Assembly (NCBI GenBank): GCA_965215365.1 | Contig: CBDCDS010000003.1 | Coordinates: 1 to 64,000 of the forward strand | From: Gammaproteobacteria bacterium | Lineage (GTDB): Bacteria > Pseudomonadota > Gammaproteobacteria > Eutrophobiales > Eutrophobiaceae | Length of the DNA stretch: 64,000 nucleotides | Reading direction: 5' to 3' | Shown here: positions 31,043-42,012 of the stretch, in pieces | Layout of the letters: each line of letters starts with the position of its first letter | Numbering within the stretch: position 1 is the first letter of the stretch | Translations under genes and position numbers: made by a program | Notes under the pieces: model-generated | Told to the model about the DNA's origin: nothing | Seen by the model: the letters and a program-made list of their open reading frames with translations, nothing else | Database searches by the model: none

Positions 31043-33112
31043 TCAACGGCAATAATTCTCCAGCAGTTGTTGCTGGGTGTTGCGGGGTTTCTGGTGACCG
31101 GGGCGGGCTCGTTTGTAGGAGCCGTCGCTTTGCAGCAGCCAGGCCTGGGTGTTGTCGCTGAGGTAGTTGAGCAGGCCGAATTTGATGATCTGGTCCTTAG
31201 GCCGTTTTTCCTCAATGGGGAAACAGGCTTCCACGCGGTGGTGCAGGTTGCGCGGCATCCAGTCGGCGGAGGAGCACATGACCTGCTCGTTGCCGCCGTC
31301 CAGGAAATAATACACCCGGGTATGTTCCAAAAAGCGCCCGACGATGGAGCGCACCTGGATATTTTCTGACAGGCCCGGCACGCCGGGACGCAGGCAGCAG
31401 ATGCCGCGCACGATCAAATCCACCCGTACTCCCGCCATGGACGCGTGGTACAGGGCGCGAATGATTTCCGGGTCCACCAGGGCATTCATCTTGGCGATAA
31501 TGCGGGCGTTGCGACCGGCCGTGGCATGGGCGCTCTCGTTTTCGATAAACCCAAGCAGGGATTTGTGCAGGGTGAACGGCGACTGCAACAGTTTCTTCAG
31601 TTTTGACGCGCGCCCCAAGCCGGTCAGCTGTAAGAACAGCATATTGACGTCTTCTGCCACAGCCTTGTCGCAGGTCAACAGGCCGTAGTCGGTATATAGC
31701 CGGGCGGTGCGGGCGTGGTAATTGCCGGTGCTCAGGTGCACGTAACGGCGCAGGCTGCGGCCCTCCCGGCGCACAATCATCACCATTTTTGCGTGGGTCT
31801 TGAAGCCGACTACGCCATACACGACATGCGCGCCGGCTTCCTGCAATTCATTGGCCAGCTCGATATTGGCCTCCTCATCGAAGCGCGCGCGCAACTCGAT
31901 GACCACCATCACCTCCTTGCCCTGGCGCGCGGCATCCTTGAGGGCTTCGACCAGGGCCGAGTCATCCCCGGTGCGATACAGGGTCTGTTTGATGGATAAC
32001 ACGCTGGGGTCACTGGCCGCCTGGCGCACAAAGTCAATGACCGGGGCAAAAGACTGGAACGGATGGTGCAGCAGAATATCGCCGTTTTTCAGGACATCAA
32101 AGATGCTGACGTTTTTTTGCAAACGCGGCGGCAGTTCGGGAGTGAACCCGGGGAAAGTCAGCTCCGGCCGGTCCACCAGGTCGCAGATGGCCATCAGCCG
32201 GTTCAGGTTCACCGGCCCGTTCACCTTATACAGGTCGCCCTCTTCCAGATCGAATTGGTGCAATAAAAACGCACTGAGCTCGGTCGGGCAGTTGTCTGCC
32301 ACCTCCAGCCGCACCGCGTCATTGAAACGCCGGGACGGCAGTTCCCCTTCCAACGCGATCAACAGGTCGTCCACTTCTTCATCATCCACAAACAGTTCGC
32401 TGTTGCGGGTGACCTTGAACTGGTAACAACCCGTCGCAGTCATACCGGGAAACAGGTTATCCACATGGGCATGGATGATGGACGACAACAGCACGAAGTT
32501 CCAGTTGCCGTTGCTGATGTCTTCCGGGAGGTGCACCACCCGGGGCAAAGAGCGGGGCGCCTGCACAATGGACAGGCGGGTCTCGCGCCCGAAAGCATCC
32601 TTGCCGTCCAGCGACACGATGAAATACAGGTTCTTGTTCAGCACCCGCGGGAACGGATGCACCGGGTCCAGCCCGATGGGGCTCAGCACCGGTAGCACGT
32701 TACCGTTGAAATAGCGCTTTATCCAACGGGCCACGGCAGGTTTCCAGCGCGCGCGGCGCAACAGGTGGATCTTTTCCTGCTCCAGCTTCGGCGTGATGGA
32801 GCCATTGAGTACCGCGTACTGGTTGTCCACCAGCTCATGGGCGACCCTGCCGATCTGTTTTAAGGTCTCCACCGGGCTGAGGTTGTCGGGGCCAGTCTGC
32901 ACGGAACCGTACTTCACCTGCTGTTTGACGCCGGCGACCCGGATCTCGAAGAACTCATCAAGGTTGGTGCTGGCGATGCAGAGGAACTTCAAGCGTTCCA
33001 GCAACGGCAGGGATTCATCCTCGGCTTGGGCAATGACGCGCCGGTTGAACTCCAACAGGCTTAATTCCCGGTTGATATAAAATTCGGGGTTAGTGAGGTT
33101 TGGCGTGTCCAC
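31043..33112 (-). CDS. ppk1: Polyphosphate kinase 1
   Basis: YINRELSLLEFNRRV, LHHPF, KTHAK, VGRFLEHTR. Confidence 0.97.
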   Translation of the reverse strand: MDTPNLTNPEFYINRELSLLEFNRRVIAQAEDESLPLLERLKFLCIASTNLDEFFEIRVAGVKQQVKYGSVQTGPDNLSPVETLKQIGRVAHELVDNQYAVLNGSITPKLEQEKIHLLRRARWKPAVARWIKRYFNGNVLPVLSPIGLDPVHPFPRVLNKNLYFIVSLDGKDAFGRETRLSIVQAPRSLPRVVHLPEDISNGNWNFVLLSSIIHAHVDNLFPGMTATGCYQFKVTRNSELFVDDEEVDDLLIALEGELPSRRFNDAVRLEVADNCPTELSAFLLHQFDLEEGDLYKVNGPVNLNRLMAICDLVDRPELTFPGFTPELPPRLQKNVSIFDVLKNGDILLHHPFQSFAPVIDFVRQAASDPSVLSIKQTLYRTGDDSALVEALKDAARQGKEVMVVIELRARFDEEANIELANELQEAGAHVVYGVVGFKTHAKMVMIVRREGRSLRRYVHLSTGNYHARTARLYTDYGLLTCDKAVAEDVNMLFLQLTGLGRASKLKKLLQSPFTLHKSLLGFIENESAHATAGRNARIIAKMNALVDPEIIRALYHASMAGVRVDLIVRGICCLRPGVPGLSENIQVRSIVGRFLEHTRVYYFLDGGNEQVMCSSADWMPRNLHHRVEACFPIEEKRPKDQIIKFGLLNYLSDNTQAWLLQSDGSYKRARPGHQKPRNTQQQLLENYCR

Positions 33113-33245
33113 TCTGGCACCTTGTTGCGTTAACGCCCGACTCGGAATCCGGCAGACAAACTTCTGTTACAAGGAGTAGTTTTATCGACTAGATTGCGGC
33201 TTGCGCCGGAATGACGGACAGACTTTTTCGCCATTACGCGCAAGC

Positions 33246-33956
33246 TCAACCGTTTTTGACGGTATCTTCCATCTGCTCAATGCTGATATGGCGCACATCC
33301 TTGCCTTCGACAAAATAGATAACGTACTCGCAGATATTGCGAGCATGATCAGCAATGCGCTCTAACGCCCGCGCCACCCACACCGCGTCGATAACGCTGC
33401 TGATGCTGCGTGGATCTTCCATCATATAGGTCACCAGTTGGCGCAACAAGGCGGCGTACTGTTCGTCGGATTCGGGTTCCTTGCCGGCGGTGACCAGGGC
33501 GCCCTGGCTGTCCATACGGGCAAACGCGTCCAGCGCCTCGCGCACCATGCCTATGACAAACATGCCCATAGCATTGATGCCGGTGTAGCAGGAACGATGC
33601 CCCGATTTCTCCGCCAGACTGATGGTCATCCTGGCTATTTTTTCCGCCTCATCACCGATGCGCTCCAAGTCGGTGATAGTCTTGATAACCGCCATCACAA
33701 AACGCAGATCGCCGGCTGCTGGCTGCCGGCGCGCCAGCAACGTCACGCACTCTTCATCAATGGCCACCTCACAGGAGTTCAGCCGGATTTCATTTTCTAT
33801 GACCCGCTCGGCGCGGGACACATCGAAGCGTTTCAGCGCCTCCAGCGCGTCGGAAAACTGCTGCTCGGCCAGCCCCCCCATGGCCAGCACGTTGGAACGT
33901 ATGGTTTCCAACTCATTGTCGAACTGTCTGGAGATGTGCTGAGTGATATTGTTCAT
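33246..33956 (-). CDS. phoU: Phosphate signalling protein PhoU
   Basis: RRQPAAGDLR, DLERIGDEA, LERIADHARNICE. Confidence 0.97.
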   Translation of the reverse strand: MNNITQHISRQFDNELETIRSNVLAMGGLAEQQFSDALEALKRFDVSRAERVIENEIRLNSCEVAIDEECVTLLARRQPAAGDLRFVMAVIKTITDLERIGDEAEKIARMTISLAEKSGHRSCYTGINAMGMFVIGMVREALDAFARMDSQGALVTAGKEPESDEQYAALLRQLVTYMMEDPRSISSVIDAVWVARALERIADHARNICEYVIYFVEGKDVRHISIEQMEDTVKNG

Positions 33957-33994
33957 GCCGTTATCCGCCTGCTGCTCGTAGAGTCTGCCAAAAA

Positions 33995-34849
33995 CTAACC
34001 GTAACGCCCGGTAATGTAATCTTCGGTCATCTTCTCGGCAGGGTTGGTAAACAGGGTATTGGTGTCATTGAACTCGATCATCTCGCCTAAGTACATGTAG
34101 GCCGTATAATCGGATACCCGTGCGGCCTGCTGCATATTGTGCGTCACTATCACGATACTATAGTTGGCCTTGAGTTGGTAGATGAGCTCTTCCACTTTCA
34201 GGGTGGAGATGGGGTCCAGGGCTGAGCAGGGCTCGTCCAGCAATAGGATTTCCGGTTCGATGGCGATGGCCCGGGCAATTACCAGGCGTTGCGCCTGACC
34301 ACCGGAAAGCCCCAGGGCGTTATCATCAAGCCGGTCCTTAACCTCATCCCATAGGGCTGCGCGTTGCAGCGATTTCTCCACCACTGCATCCAGCGTGCGG
34401 CGATTGTTGACGCCCTGGATGCGCAGACCATAAGCCACGTTTTCGTAAATGGACTTGGGAAACGGGTTGGGCTTTTGAAAAACCATGCCGACTTTTCTTC
34501 TGAGCTCGGACACGTTTACCGACTTGTTAAAAATATCTTCGCCGCCAATCCTGATGGCGCCGCTGGTGCGCACCGTATCAATGAGGTCGTTCATACGATT
34601 AAAGGAACGCAGCAGGGTTGACTTGCCGCAACCACTGGGGCCGATGAAGGCGGTGACCTTTTTCTCCGGGATTATCAGGGTAATATCCTTCAAGGCCTGT
34701 TTCTCTCCGTAATACAGGTTGAAACCGCTGACGTTAATACAGGGGGTCTCAGCGGCCAGCGACAGCTTCTCTGCGCCCCCTGCCAGGGTGGCCGGATTCA
34801 CCCCGTGAGTCAGCGTTGCCGCGCGCGCCGGGTTGGTTTGCTCAGTCAC
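33995..34849 (-). CDS. pstB: Phosphate ABC transporter ATPase
   Basis: [28 protein letters not shown]. Confidence 0.97.
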   Translation of the reverse strand: MTEQTNPARAATLTHGVNPATLAGGAEKLSLAAETPCINVSGFNLYYGEKQALKDITLIIPEKKVTAFIGPSGCGKSTLLRSFNRMNDLIDTVRTSGAIRIGGEDIFNKSVNVSELRRKVGMVFQKPNPFPKSIYENVAYGLRIQGVNNRRTLDAVVEKSLQRAALWDEVKDRLDDNALGLSGGQAQRLVIARAIAIEPEILLLDEPCSALDPISTLKVEELIYQLKANYSIVIVTHNMQQAARVSDYTAYMYLGEMIEFNDTNTLFTNPAEKMTEDYITGRYG

Positions 34850-34863
34850 TTTGTTTTGTCCGG

Positions 34864-36534
34864 TCAGTGTTGCTCGGCGGCCCGATACTTCTCGCGCAGC
34901 CGGTTACGAATTTTAATCGCAGTCAGGTTCAAACAGATAATGATCAGGATCAACAAAAAAGCCGTGGCATATACCAGCGGCCGGGCGGCTTCCACGTTCG
35001 GGCTCTGGAAGCCGACATCATAAATATGAAACCCCAGGTGCATGAACTTGCGGTCCAGGTGCAGGAACGGGAAGTTCCCGTCCAGCGGCAAGGACGGCGC
35101 CAGCTTCACCACTCCCACCAGCATCAACGGCGCCACCTCGCCGGCGGCCCGGGCCACGGCCAGGATCAGGCCGGTCATCATCGCCGAGGCCGTCATCGGC
35201 AGCACCGTGCGCCATAGCGTCTCGGCCTTGGTGGCGCCTAGCGCCAGACTGCCCTCGCGGAGGGCGCGCGGCACTCGCGACAGACCTTCCTCGGTGGACA
35301 CGATGACCACGGGTACGGTCAGTATGGCCAGGGTCAGCGACGCCCACAGAATGCCCGGCGTACCGAAGGTGGGCGCCGGCAGAGACTCGGGGAAAAATAA
35401 TTCGTCAATCGTGCCGCCCAGGAAATAAACGAAAAAACCTAGGCCGAATACCCCGTAAACCACCGACGGCACGCCGGCAAGGTTATTCACGGCGATGCGT
35501 ATCAGCCGGGTCAGCAGCCCTTGTTTGGCATACTCGCGCAGATAGACCGCCGCCACCACGCCAAACGGCGTCACCAGCACCGCCATGATCATCACCATCA
35601 TCACAGTGCCGAAAATAGCCGGGAAAATGCCGCCCTCGGTGTTGGCCTCCCTGGGGTCTCCTGAGACAAACTCCCAGAGTTTCTCAAAGTAGAACGCGAC
35701 CTTGTCGGTGACGCTCATGGCATTCGGCCGGTAGGCGCGCACCACTTTGGCAAACGCAACTTCGGCTTCCTGGCCATCAGCCAGTTGCGCCACAAAAGCA
35801 TACCTGTTCAGTTGTTCGTACAGGCTGGCAAGACGTTCCGTGTACCCGTCATACTCCTCCTGCAATATTGCGCGTTGTGCCGCTATCCCCATGTAGGCAG
35901 GGCCGCCTTCAGGTTGGCCATCCAGAGCCAGCCGCCGTTCCCGGAGGCGCAGCCGTTCCATATCATAATTCACCGAACCTATCAGATTTTTCTCAATATG
36001 GCGTATTTCTCCCAGCAACTGCTGGCTGTCGGCGATGTAGCGCTGGAATAAGGCCCAGTCCGGGTCGGCATGAACCACTTCGCCATCCCCCTTGATGGCT
36101 TTCAGGTAACCGTAGAAGTTCCCCCACTCATACCTCTCCACGGCCATGAGGTCGGCCGGGTAAGACAGGTTACGCACGGCGACATCCAGCACCCAGCGGT
36201 AGTCAAAACCAGTGTAATCCCGGTTGCCGATCCGGACCAGACTGCGCTCGATAATATCGATATCCGCCGGCACACGGCTGTCGTTGCCCGCCAACCGGGC
36301 GCGCGGCACTGCTTCGGCATCAATGAATTCACCTGCCAACGCAATCACGGCACCGTCGCTGTCGGTGTAAGCAAACGCGGCCACGTCACTCGGCCAAAAA
36401 TGGCCCAGACCGCGCACCATGATCAGGAGAATCAGGCCGACCACCATGATGATCGACAGGCTGACGGCGCCCGCATTCAACCAGACGAAAGGTTCGCCGC
36501 TGTTAAACCAGTGCCTGAACGAGGAGCGGCTCAT
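34864..36534 (-). CDS. pstA: Phosphate ABC transporter permease (long form)
   Basis: [39 protein letters not shown]. Confidence 0.95.
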   Translation of the reverse strand: MSRSSFRHWFNSGEPFVWLNAGAVSLSIIMVVGLILLIMVRGLGHFWPSDVAAFAYTDSDGAVIALAGEFIDAEAVPRARLAGNDSRVPADIDIIERSLVRIGNRDYTGFDYRWVLDVAVRNLSYPADLMAVERYEWGNFYGYLKAIKGDGEVVHADPDWALFQRYIADSQQLLGEIRHIEKNLIGSVNYDMERLRLRERRLALDGQPEGGPAYMGIAAQRAILQEEYDGYTERLASLYEQLNRYAFVAQLADGQEAEVAFAKVVRAYRPNAMSVTDKVAFYFEKLWEFVSGDPREANTEGGIFPAIFGTVMMVMIMAVLVTPFGVVAAVYLREYAKQGLLTRLIRIAVNNLAGVPSVVYGVFGLGFFVYFLGGTIDELFFPESLPAPTFGTPGILWASLTLAILTVPVVIVSTEEGLSRVPRALREGSLALGATKAETLWRTVLPMTASAMMTGLILAVARAAGEVAPLMLVGVVKLAPSLPLDGNFPFLHLDRKFMHLGFHIYDVGFQSPNVEAARPLVYATAFLLILIIICLNLTAIKIRNRLREKYRAAEQH

Positions 36535-38792
36535 AACGAACTGTATTTTACCCGCAGCCGCTGCCTGACGACCTCGGCAACGGTGTTGAACAGAAACGTA
36601 GCCAGGAACAGCACCAGGCCGGCCAGGAACAAGAGTCGGTAATGGGTGCTGCCGACCTCGGATTCCGGCATTTCCACGGCGATATTGGCGGACAGGGCGC
36701 GAAATCCCTCAAAGATATTCATGTCCATGATGGCCGTATTGCCCGTAGCCATGAGCACGATCATGGTCTCGCCCACGGCCCGGCCCAGGCCGATCATCAC
36801 CGCGGAAAAAATGCCGGGGCTGGCGGTCAGCAACACCACCCTCACCACCGTCTGCCAGGGTGTGGCGCCCAGAGCCAAAGAACCGGTCGTCAGGTGTTTG
36901 GGCACGCCGTACACGGCGTCTTCACTGATGGAAAAAATAGTGGGGATCACAGCAAAGCCCATGGCAATGCCCACCACTAGGGAGTTTCTCTGGTCGTAGG
37001 TGATACCCAGTTCATCGGTCAGCCACAACGGCATATTGCCGGCGAACAGGGCAATCTCGATGGGCTTGCTGAGCGCAAAGGCGAACAGGGCCGTGGCAAT
37101 AATAACCGGCACCAGCAGGGCCGCTTCCCAGCCCTCCGGCACCTTGTGGCGCACGCGGTCCGGCAGGCGGCTCCAGCCGTAGGCGGCGCCGATCATGCTC
37201 AGCGGCAACAGCAACAGGCACAGAAACAAGCCCGGCATGTTCTGCTCCACGAACGGCGCAAACCACAGGCCGGCGAGAAAGCCGAGTATCACCGTGGGCA
37301 AGGCTTCCATTATTTCAATGGTGGGTTTGACCAGCCCGCGCATTTTCGCCGACATGAAATAAGCGGTGTAGATGGCGCCCATAATAGCCAGCGGGACGGC
37401 GAACAACATGGCATAAAACGCCGCCTTCAAGGTGCCGTAGGCTAACGGCGTGAGGCTGAATTTCGGTTCAAAATCGCTGCTGGCCGAGGAGGATTGCCAG
37501 ATGTGTTCCGGTTGCTCCCGGCTCTCATACCAGACCTTGCCCCAGATCGCCGACCAGGATATTTCCGGGTGCTCGTTGTCTATCTCCCGGAATTGCAGCG
37601 TGCCGCTCTCATCTTCCACCAGCATGGCATTCGCGCGCGGCGCCACCGCCAGATGCGTCAGCCTGCGCGCGCTGATTTGCTGCAGCTGCACGGTGCGCTG
37701 CGCGGTGGTGTGATAAATGCCCAGGTAGCCGGTGTCATCGGTGGCCAGAAAACCCTTTCTGAAATACTCAGGCGCAATAGCCGTGATAGGCGCCGACTGT
37801 GAGGCAAACGCGCGTATTGGCTCGAGCGTGTAGTTGTTGTGCGCATCGCGCACCGGGAACCACTGAGTGATCTTGCCCGCGGAATCACCCACTAGGATGG
37901 AAATGCCACCACTGAGAAAAGACAGGCTGGTAATTTCTATCGGGGTGCGTACCGCCGGCAGCCGTTGCACCAGCGCCGGTTCGGCTTTGTTGCTGACATC
38001 GTACCAGGCAATCAACCCGCCCCGTTCGGCCACATAGAGTTCCCGGTGTTCCACATCCAGCGCCAGCAACATCACCTCGCCGGCCACCGGAATCCGGCTG
38101 CGGGTGATGGTGGTTGCCACTTCATCGCCCAGCAATGACTGCTGTTTGGTGACGTTCACCAGCAACAGGCGCCGGTCTGCCGTGAGCGCCGCGACCGTGA
38201 CCTGATCCTCATCGGCCTGGGCGGTGATCAGGTTGAGCGGCTGGCCGGCCTCATCAATGAGCAGTGGCGCGTTGCCGACGGGCCAGTCTATTCCCGGCCG
38301 AATGACGCGCACATCCTGCGGATAACTCACCTGGTATGCGTGTACCGCCAGCAGGGCGCTACCGTCATCGAGCCCAAGGGCCAGCAGCCGTTGGGACGGG
38401 TCGCCGGTCGCGAATGCAGTGACCTGCGCCGGGGTTTCTCCCGTCAACAACTGCCGCCGCACCAGACTGCCGTCGGTGGTGTTGAAAAACACGGCGCTGC
38501 CGTCGCCGGTGACCCGCAGGCCAATTTCACGTTGCTCTTCCATGGCGTAATACAAGGTCTCCGTTGCGGCGCCGGCAGGCACCGGGTAGCTCGCCACCGG
38601 TTCAATATGTGGCGGCTTGAACATCGGCACGACGACGTAAAACAGGTAGAACGCGATCAGGACAATGGCGATGATGACGCTGATGCCGCCCAGCGCCATG
38701 ACATAGCGCATCAGCACATCTTTCAGGTGGCGATAATAGCGATATTTTTGTGCGGTGGCTGAACTCAGCGATGTTGAACTTGCCTCGTTCAT
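36531..38792 (-). CDS. pstC: Phosphate ABC transporter permease (long form with beta-propeller-like insert)
   Basis: KPTIEIMEALPTVILG, GRAVGETMIVLM; operon position. Confidence 0.93.
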   Translation of the reverse strand: MNEASSTSLSSATAQKYRYYRHLKDVLMRYVMALGGISVIIAIVLIAFYLFYVVVPMFKPPHIEPVASYPVPAGAATETLYYAMEEQREIGLRVTGDGSAVFFNTTDGSLVRRQLLTGETPAQVTAFATGDPSQRLLALGLDDGSALLAVHAYQVSYPQDVRVIRPGIDWPVGNAPLLIDEAGQPLNLITAQADEDQVTVAALTADRRLLLVNVTKQQSLLGDEVATTITRSRIPVAGEVMLLALDVEHRELYVAERGGLIAWYDVSNKAEPALVQRLPAVRTPIEITSLSFLSGGISILVGDSAGKITQWFPVRDAHNNYTLEPIRAFASQSAPITAIAPEYFRKGFLATDDTGYLGIYHTTAQRTVQLQQISARRLTHLAVAPRANAMLVEDESGTLQFREIDNEHPEISWSAIWGKVWYESREQPEHIWQSSSASSDFEPKFSLTPLAYGTLKAAFYAMLFAVPLAIMGAIYTAYFMSAKMRGLVKPTIEIMEALPTVILGFLAGLWFAPFVEQNMPGLFLCLLLLPLSMIGAAYGWSRLPDRVRHKVPEGWEAALLVPVIIATALFAFALSKPIEIALFAGNMPLWLTDELGITYDQRNSLVVGIAMGFAVIPTIFSISEDAVYGVPKHLTTGSLALGATPWQTVVRVVLLTASPGIFSAVMIGLGRAVGETMIVLMATGNTAIMDMNIFEGFRALSANIAVEMPESEVGSTHYRLLFLAGLVLFLATFLFNTVAEVVRQRLRVKYSSL

Positions 38793-38826
38793 TGCCGGGG
38801 CTCAATACGCTGCCGCGCAGACCTCA

Positions 38827-39804
38827 TCAGTTGCCGCCGCCGGCCGCCGCGCCGACACCGGCCAGCTGCCTGGCGGCAACGCCGGCCGGCAGTGGGATAT
38901 ACCCATCCTTGACAACCACTTCCTGCCCGGTCTTCGACATAACCATCCTGATGAACTCCCGTTCCAATGGGGGCAACGGGTCGTTCGGCGCCTTGTTCAC
39001 ATAAACATAAAGAAATCGTGCCAGGGGATACGTCCCGGCGACCGCATTGGCGGCGCTGGCTGTTATGAATTCGGCGCCGTCCTTGCTCAGCGGCACTGCG
39101 CGTACGCCGGAGGTGCGGTAGCCGATACCGGAATAACCGATACCGTTGATCGACTTGGTTACCCCTTGCACTACGGACGCAGAACCGGGCTGTTCATTGA
39201 CATTATTCTTGAAGTCACCTTTGCACAGCGCCACTTTTTTGAAGTAACCATAGGTGCCGGACACCGAATTACGCCCATATAACTGTAGCGGACGATTGCT
39301 CCAGCCGTCGCCCAACCGCAGTTGCCCCCAACGGGTGATGTCCTCGGGGTGGCCGCACTTGCGGGTGGCGGAGAACACCGCGTCCACCTGCGCAATGGTC
39401 ATACCGGTCAACGGGTTGTCCTTGTGTACATACACCGCCAGCGCATCGATGGCGACTGCGACCGGAGTCGGCTTGTAACCGTAGCGGGTCTCGAACCCGG
39501 CCACCTCCTTGTTTTTCATCATGCGGCTCATGGGGCCGAAGTTGGCCGTCCCCTCCGTCAGCGCCGGCGGCGCGGTGGAGGAACCTGCCGCCTGAATCTG
39601 TACATTGACATTGGGATAGAGTTTCTTGAATTCCTCCGCCCACAAGGTCATCAGGTTCGCCAGCGTATCAGAGCCGACACTGATCACGTTGCCTGAGACG
39701 CCGCTGGACTTGCTGTAAGCGGCCAGCTCCGGATCCAGTTCCACGGCTGTTACGGGCGCCGAGATGCACAACGCCAGGATTAACGACAGGAATTTATTGG
39801 TCAT
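38827..39804 (-). CDS. pstS: Phosphate-binding protein
   Basis: Signal peptide, [31 protein letters not shown]. Confidence 0.95.
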   Translation of the reverse strand: MTNKFLSLILALCISAPVTAVELDPELAAYSKSSGVSGNVISVGSDTLANLMTLWAEEFKKLYPNVNVQIQAAGSSTAPPALTEGTANFGPMSRMMKNKEVAGFETRYGYKPTPVAVAIDALAVYVHKDNPLTGMTIAQVDAVFSATRKCGHPEDITRWGQLRLGDGWSNRPLQLYGRNSVSGTYGYFKKVALCKGDFKNNVNEQPGSASVVQGVTKSINGIGYSGIGYRTSGVRAVPLSKDGAEFITASAANAVAGTYPLARFLYVYVNKAPNDPLPPLEREFIRMVMSKTGQEVVVKDGYIPLPAGVAARQLAGVGAAAGGGN

Positions 39805-39848
39805 AATAATAGTCTCTCTACAAGGTCGGGTGGCTTATACAGCTACGC

Positions 39849-39885
39849 AGTATTGAACAACAGAATTGTTAAGGAAATGTGACAA
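39849..39885 (-). promoter_or_regulatory. Pho box and -10 element of pstS
   Basis: Minus strand TTGTCACATTT-CCTTAACA followed by CAATACT. Confidence 0.6.
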
Positions 39886-39889
39886 CATT

Positions 39890-41179
39890 CTACCGGACCA
39901 GACGGTGCTCCGGGATCAGGCATGTTACCGTTGTGCCCTGCCCCGGTTCACTGCTGATAGTTAATTCGGCATCATGCTGCACCATGACGTGCCGGGCAAT
40001 GGACAGGCCGAGGCCGGTACCTCCTTTTTCCCTAGAACGTCCCTTGTCCACCCGGTAGAAACGCTCTGTGACGCGATGGATATGCTCTGCCGGGATACCG
40101 TCGCCGGAATCCGTCACTTCCAGGCAGGCGCCAGCGTTCGTCTGGTACCATTTAATCCTGATTTCGCTGCCGGCGGGGGTATATTGCACGGCGTTAAACA
40201 CAATATTGGAAAAGGCGCTGTAGAGGCTGTCGTAATCTCCCCTGACGTTCAGGCACGGTTGCAGTTCCGGCGTGAATACATGGTTGTACTCTGCACTCAA
40301 GGTCTGTGCTTCGGCCTGTATCGCCGAGAGTAACTCGGTCATATCCACTTCATTATCAAGTTTTGCCGGCGGGTCGCTTTCCAGTCTTGATAGTTTCAGC
40401 AGATCTTCAATCAGGTTCTGCATGCGCCGGGTCTGGTTGCGCATTTGCCTGACGCGTGGTTGCCAATCCGGCAACAGCTCTGCGGTTTCATGTTCCACGG
40501 CTTCAAGATAACCGGCGAGCACCGTGATAGGCGTGCGCAGCTCATGGGAGGCGTTGGCGATAAAATCCTTGCGCATCCGGTTGGCGCGCCGAATCTCCGT
40601 GATATTTCCCGCCACCAGCAGCAGGGACGATTCGGCATACCTGATGATCCTGATTTCCAGACTGGTCTCCGCGTTCAACGGCGAGCTGATAACCAGACTT
40701 TCAGGCGCGCTTCCATTACCTGCAGCAGTGAGATAATCCAGCAAATCGGGTTGTCTGATGAGGTGCGAGAAGCGTTGTCCGCGGTCCCTGGGAAAGGCTA
40801 TGCCCAGGTATTCGGCGGCCTTTTTGTTGGCCCAGTCCACCTGACCGTCGGCGTTCATAACCACAACGGCATCGGGCAGGGCCTCGGTGGCCTCTTCAAA
40901 ACGCGCCAGCCGGGCGGATAGTTCTGCCGCGCGCCGCTTAGTGCGTGCGCGCAGGGAACTGATTTCCCTGATGATCTCGTTGATAACACCGGGGGTGTCC
41001 GGTGGACTTTGGGCGGGGCCCTGGCGCAGGAATTTGCTGATATAGCGCAACATCCGGTATTGCCATACCAGGCACACCAGCAGGCCCGCACACAGGCCGA
41101 TGAAAACGTTGCCGGCAAACTGTCCGGCCAGACCGGAGAGGATAACTATGGAGCCCAGCCGCAAGAGGTCAGGATGCAT
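39890..41179 (-). CDS. phoR: Sensor kinase PhoR
   Basis: PAS domain, ANASHELRTP, ERFYRVDKGRSR, GTGLGL. Confidence 0.95.
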   Translation of the reverse strand: MHPDLLRLGSIVILSGLAGQFAGNVFIGLCAGLLVCLVWQYRMLRYISKFLRQGPAQSPPDTPGVINEIIREISSLRARTKRRAAELSARLARFEEATEALPDAVVVMNADGQVDWANKKAAEYLGIAFPRDRGQRFSHLIRQPDLLDYLTAAGNGSAPESLVISSPLNAETSLEIRIIRYAESSLLLVAGNITEIRRANRMRKDFIANASHELRTPITVLAGYLEAVEHETAELLPDWQPRVRQMRNQTRRMQNLIEDLLKLSRLESDPPAKLDNEVDMTELLSAIQAEAQTLSAEYNHVFTPELQPCLNVRGDYDSLYSAFSNIVFNAVQYTPAGSEIRIKWYQTNAGACLEVTDSGDGIPAEHIHRVTERFYRVDKGRSREKGGTGLGLSIARHVMVQHDAELTISSEPGQGTTVTCLIPEHRLVR

Positions 41180-41194
41180 GGCTGCCGGTAACGT

Positions 41195-41884
41195 TCAGTT
41201 TTTGGCGGAAAAGCGGTATCCGACGCTACGCACTGTCTGAATCAGGTGGCTGTAATGGTAAGGCTCCAGGGTCTTGCGCAAACGCCGGATATGCACATCT
41301 ACAGTGCGCTCTTCGACATAGACGTTCTGACCCCAGACATGGTCCAGCAACTGGCCGCGGCTATAGACCCGTTCCGGATGAGTAATGAAGAAATGCAGCA
41401 GACGAAATTCCGTGGGGCTGATTTCCACAATCTGCTCATCCACGGTGACCCGGAACGTTTCTGTGTCCAAGGCCAGCCCGTGCACGGAAATAACACCGTC
41501 GGCGTCGGTATTTTTGGTGCGCCTCAGCAGCGCCCGGATGCGCGCCAGCAGTTCCTTGCCGGAGAACGGTTTGGTGATGTAATCGTCGGCGCCGGTGTCT
41601 AGGCCGCGCACCTTGTCTGATTCTTCCCCGCGCGCGGTCAGCATGATGATCGGAATGTCCCTGGTATCGGGGCTGTTACGGATGCGCCGGGCATAATCCA
41701 CCCCACTCATGCCCGGCAGCATCCAGTCCAGCAGCAGCAGATCGGGCTTGTCCGCGGCAATCAACGAGCGCGCCTGTTGCACATCTGCGGCTTCCCGGAA
41801 GGTATAACCTTCTTTCATAAGCGTATAACCGAGCATTTCCCTGATGGGCGCCTCGTCCTCAACGAGGAGAATCTTACCTTTCAT
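41195..41884 (-). CDS. phoB: Response regulator PhoB
   Basis: LLDWMLPG, VYVEERTVDVHIRRLRK. Confidence 0.96.
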   Translation of the reverse strand: MKGKILLVEDEAPIREMLGYTLMKEGYTFREAADVQQARSLIAADKPDLLLLDWMLPGMSGVDYARRIRNSPDTRDIPIIMLTARGEESDKVRGLDTGADDYITKPFSGKELLARIRALLRRTKNTDADGVISVHGLALDTETFRVTVDEQIVEISPTEFRLLHFFITHPERVYSRGQLLDHVWGQNVYVEERTVDVHIRRLRKTLEPYHYSHLIQTVRSVGYRFSAKN

Positions 41885-41908
41885 AAGCTGGCTGTGCCGG
41901 AGCATGGG

Positions 41909-41945
41909 AGTATTACGCAGCCATTATATTACAGGATGATGACAC
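41909..41945 (-). promoter_or_regulatory. Pho box of phoB (autoregulation)
   Basis: Minus strand GTGTCATCATC-CTGTAAT, then TAATACT. Confidence 0.7.
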
Positions 41946-42012
41946 CGGCTCAAAGGCCGAGCACGGAATCACACCCGCCGGGGGCGAACCCCGTTTCATG
42001 CAAACAGGCGGC

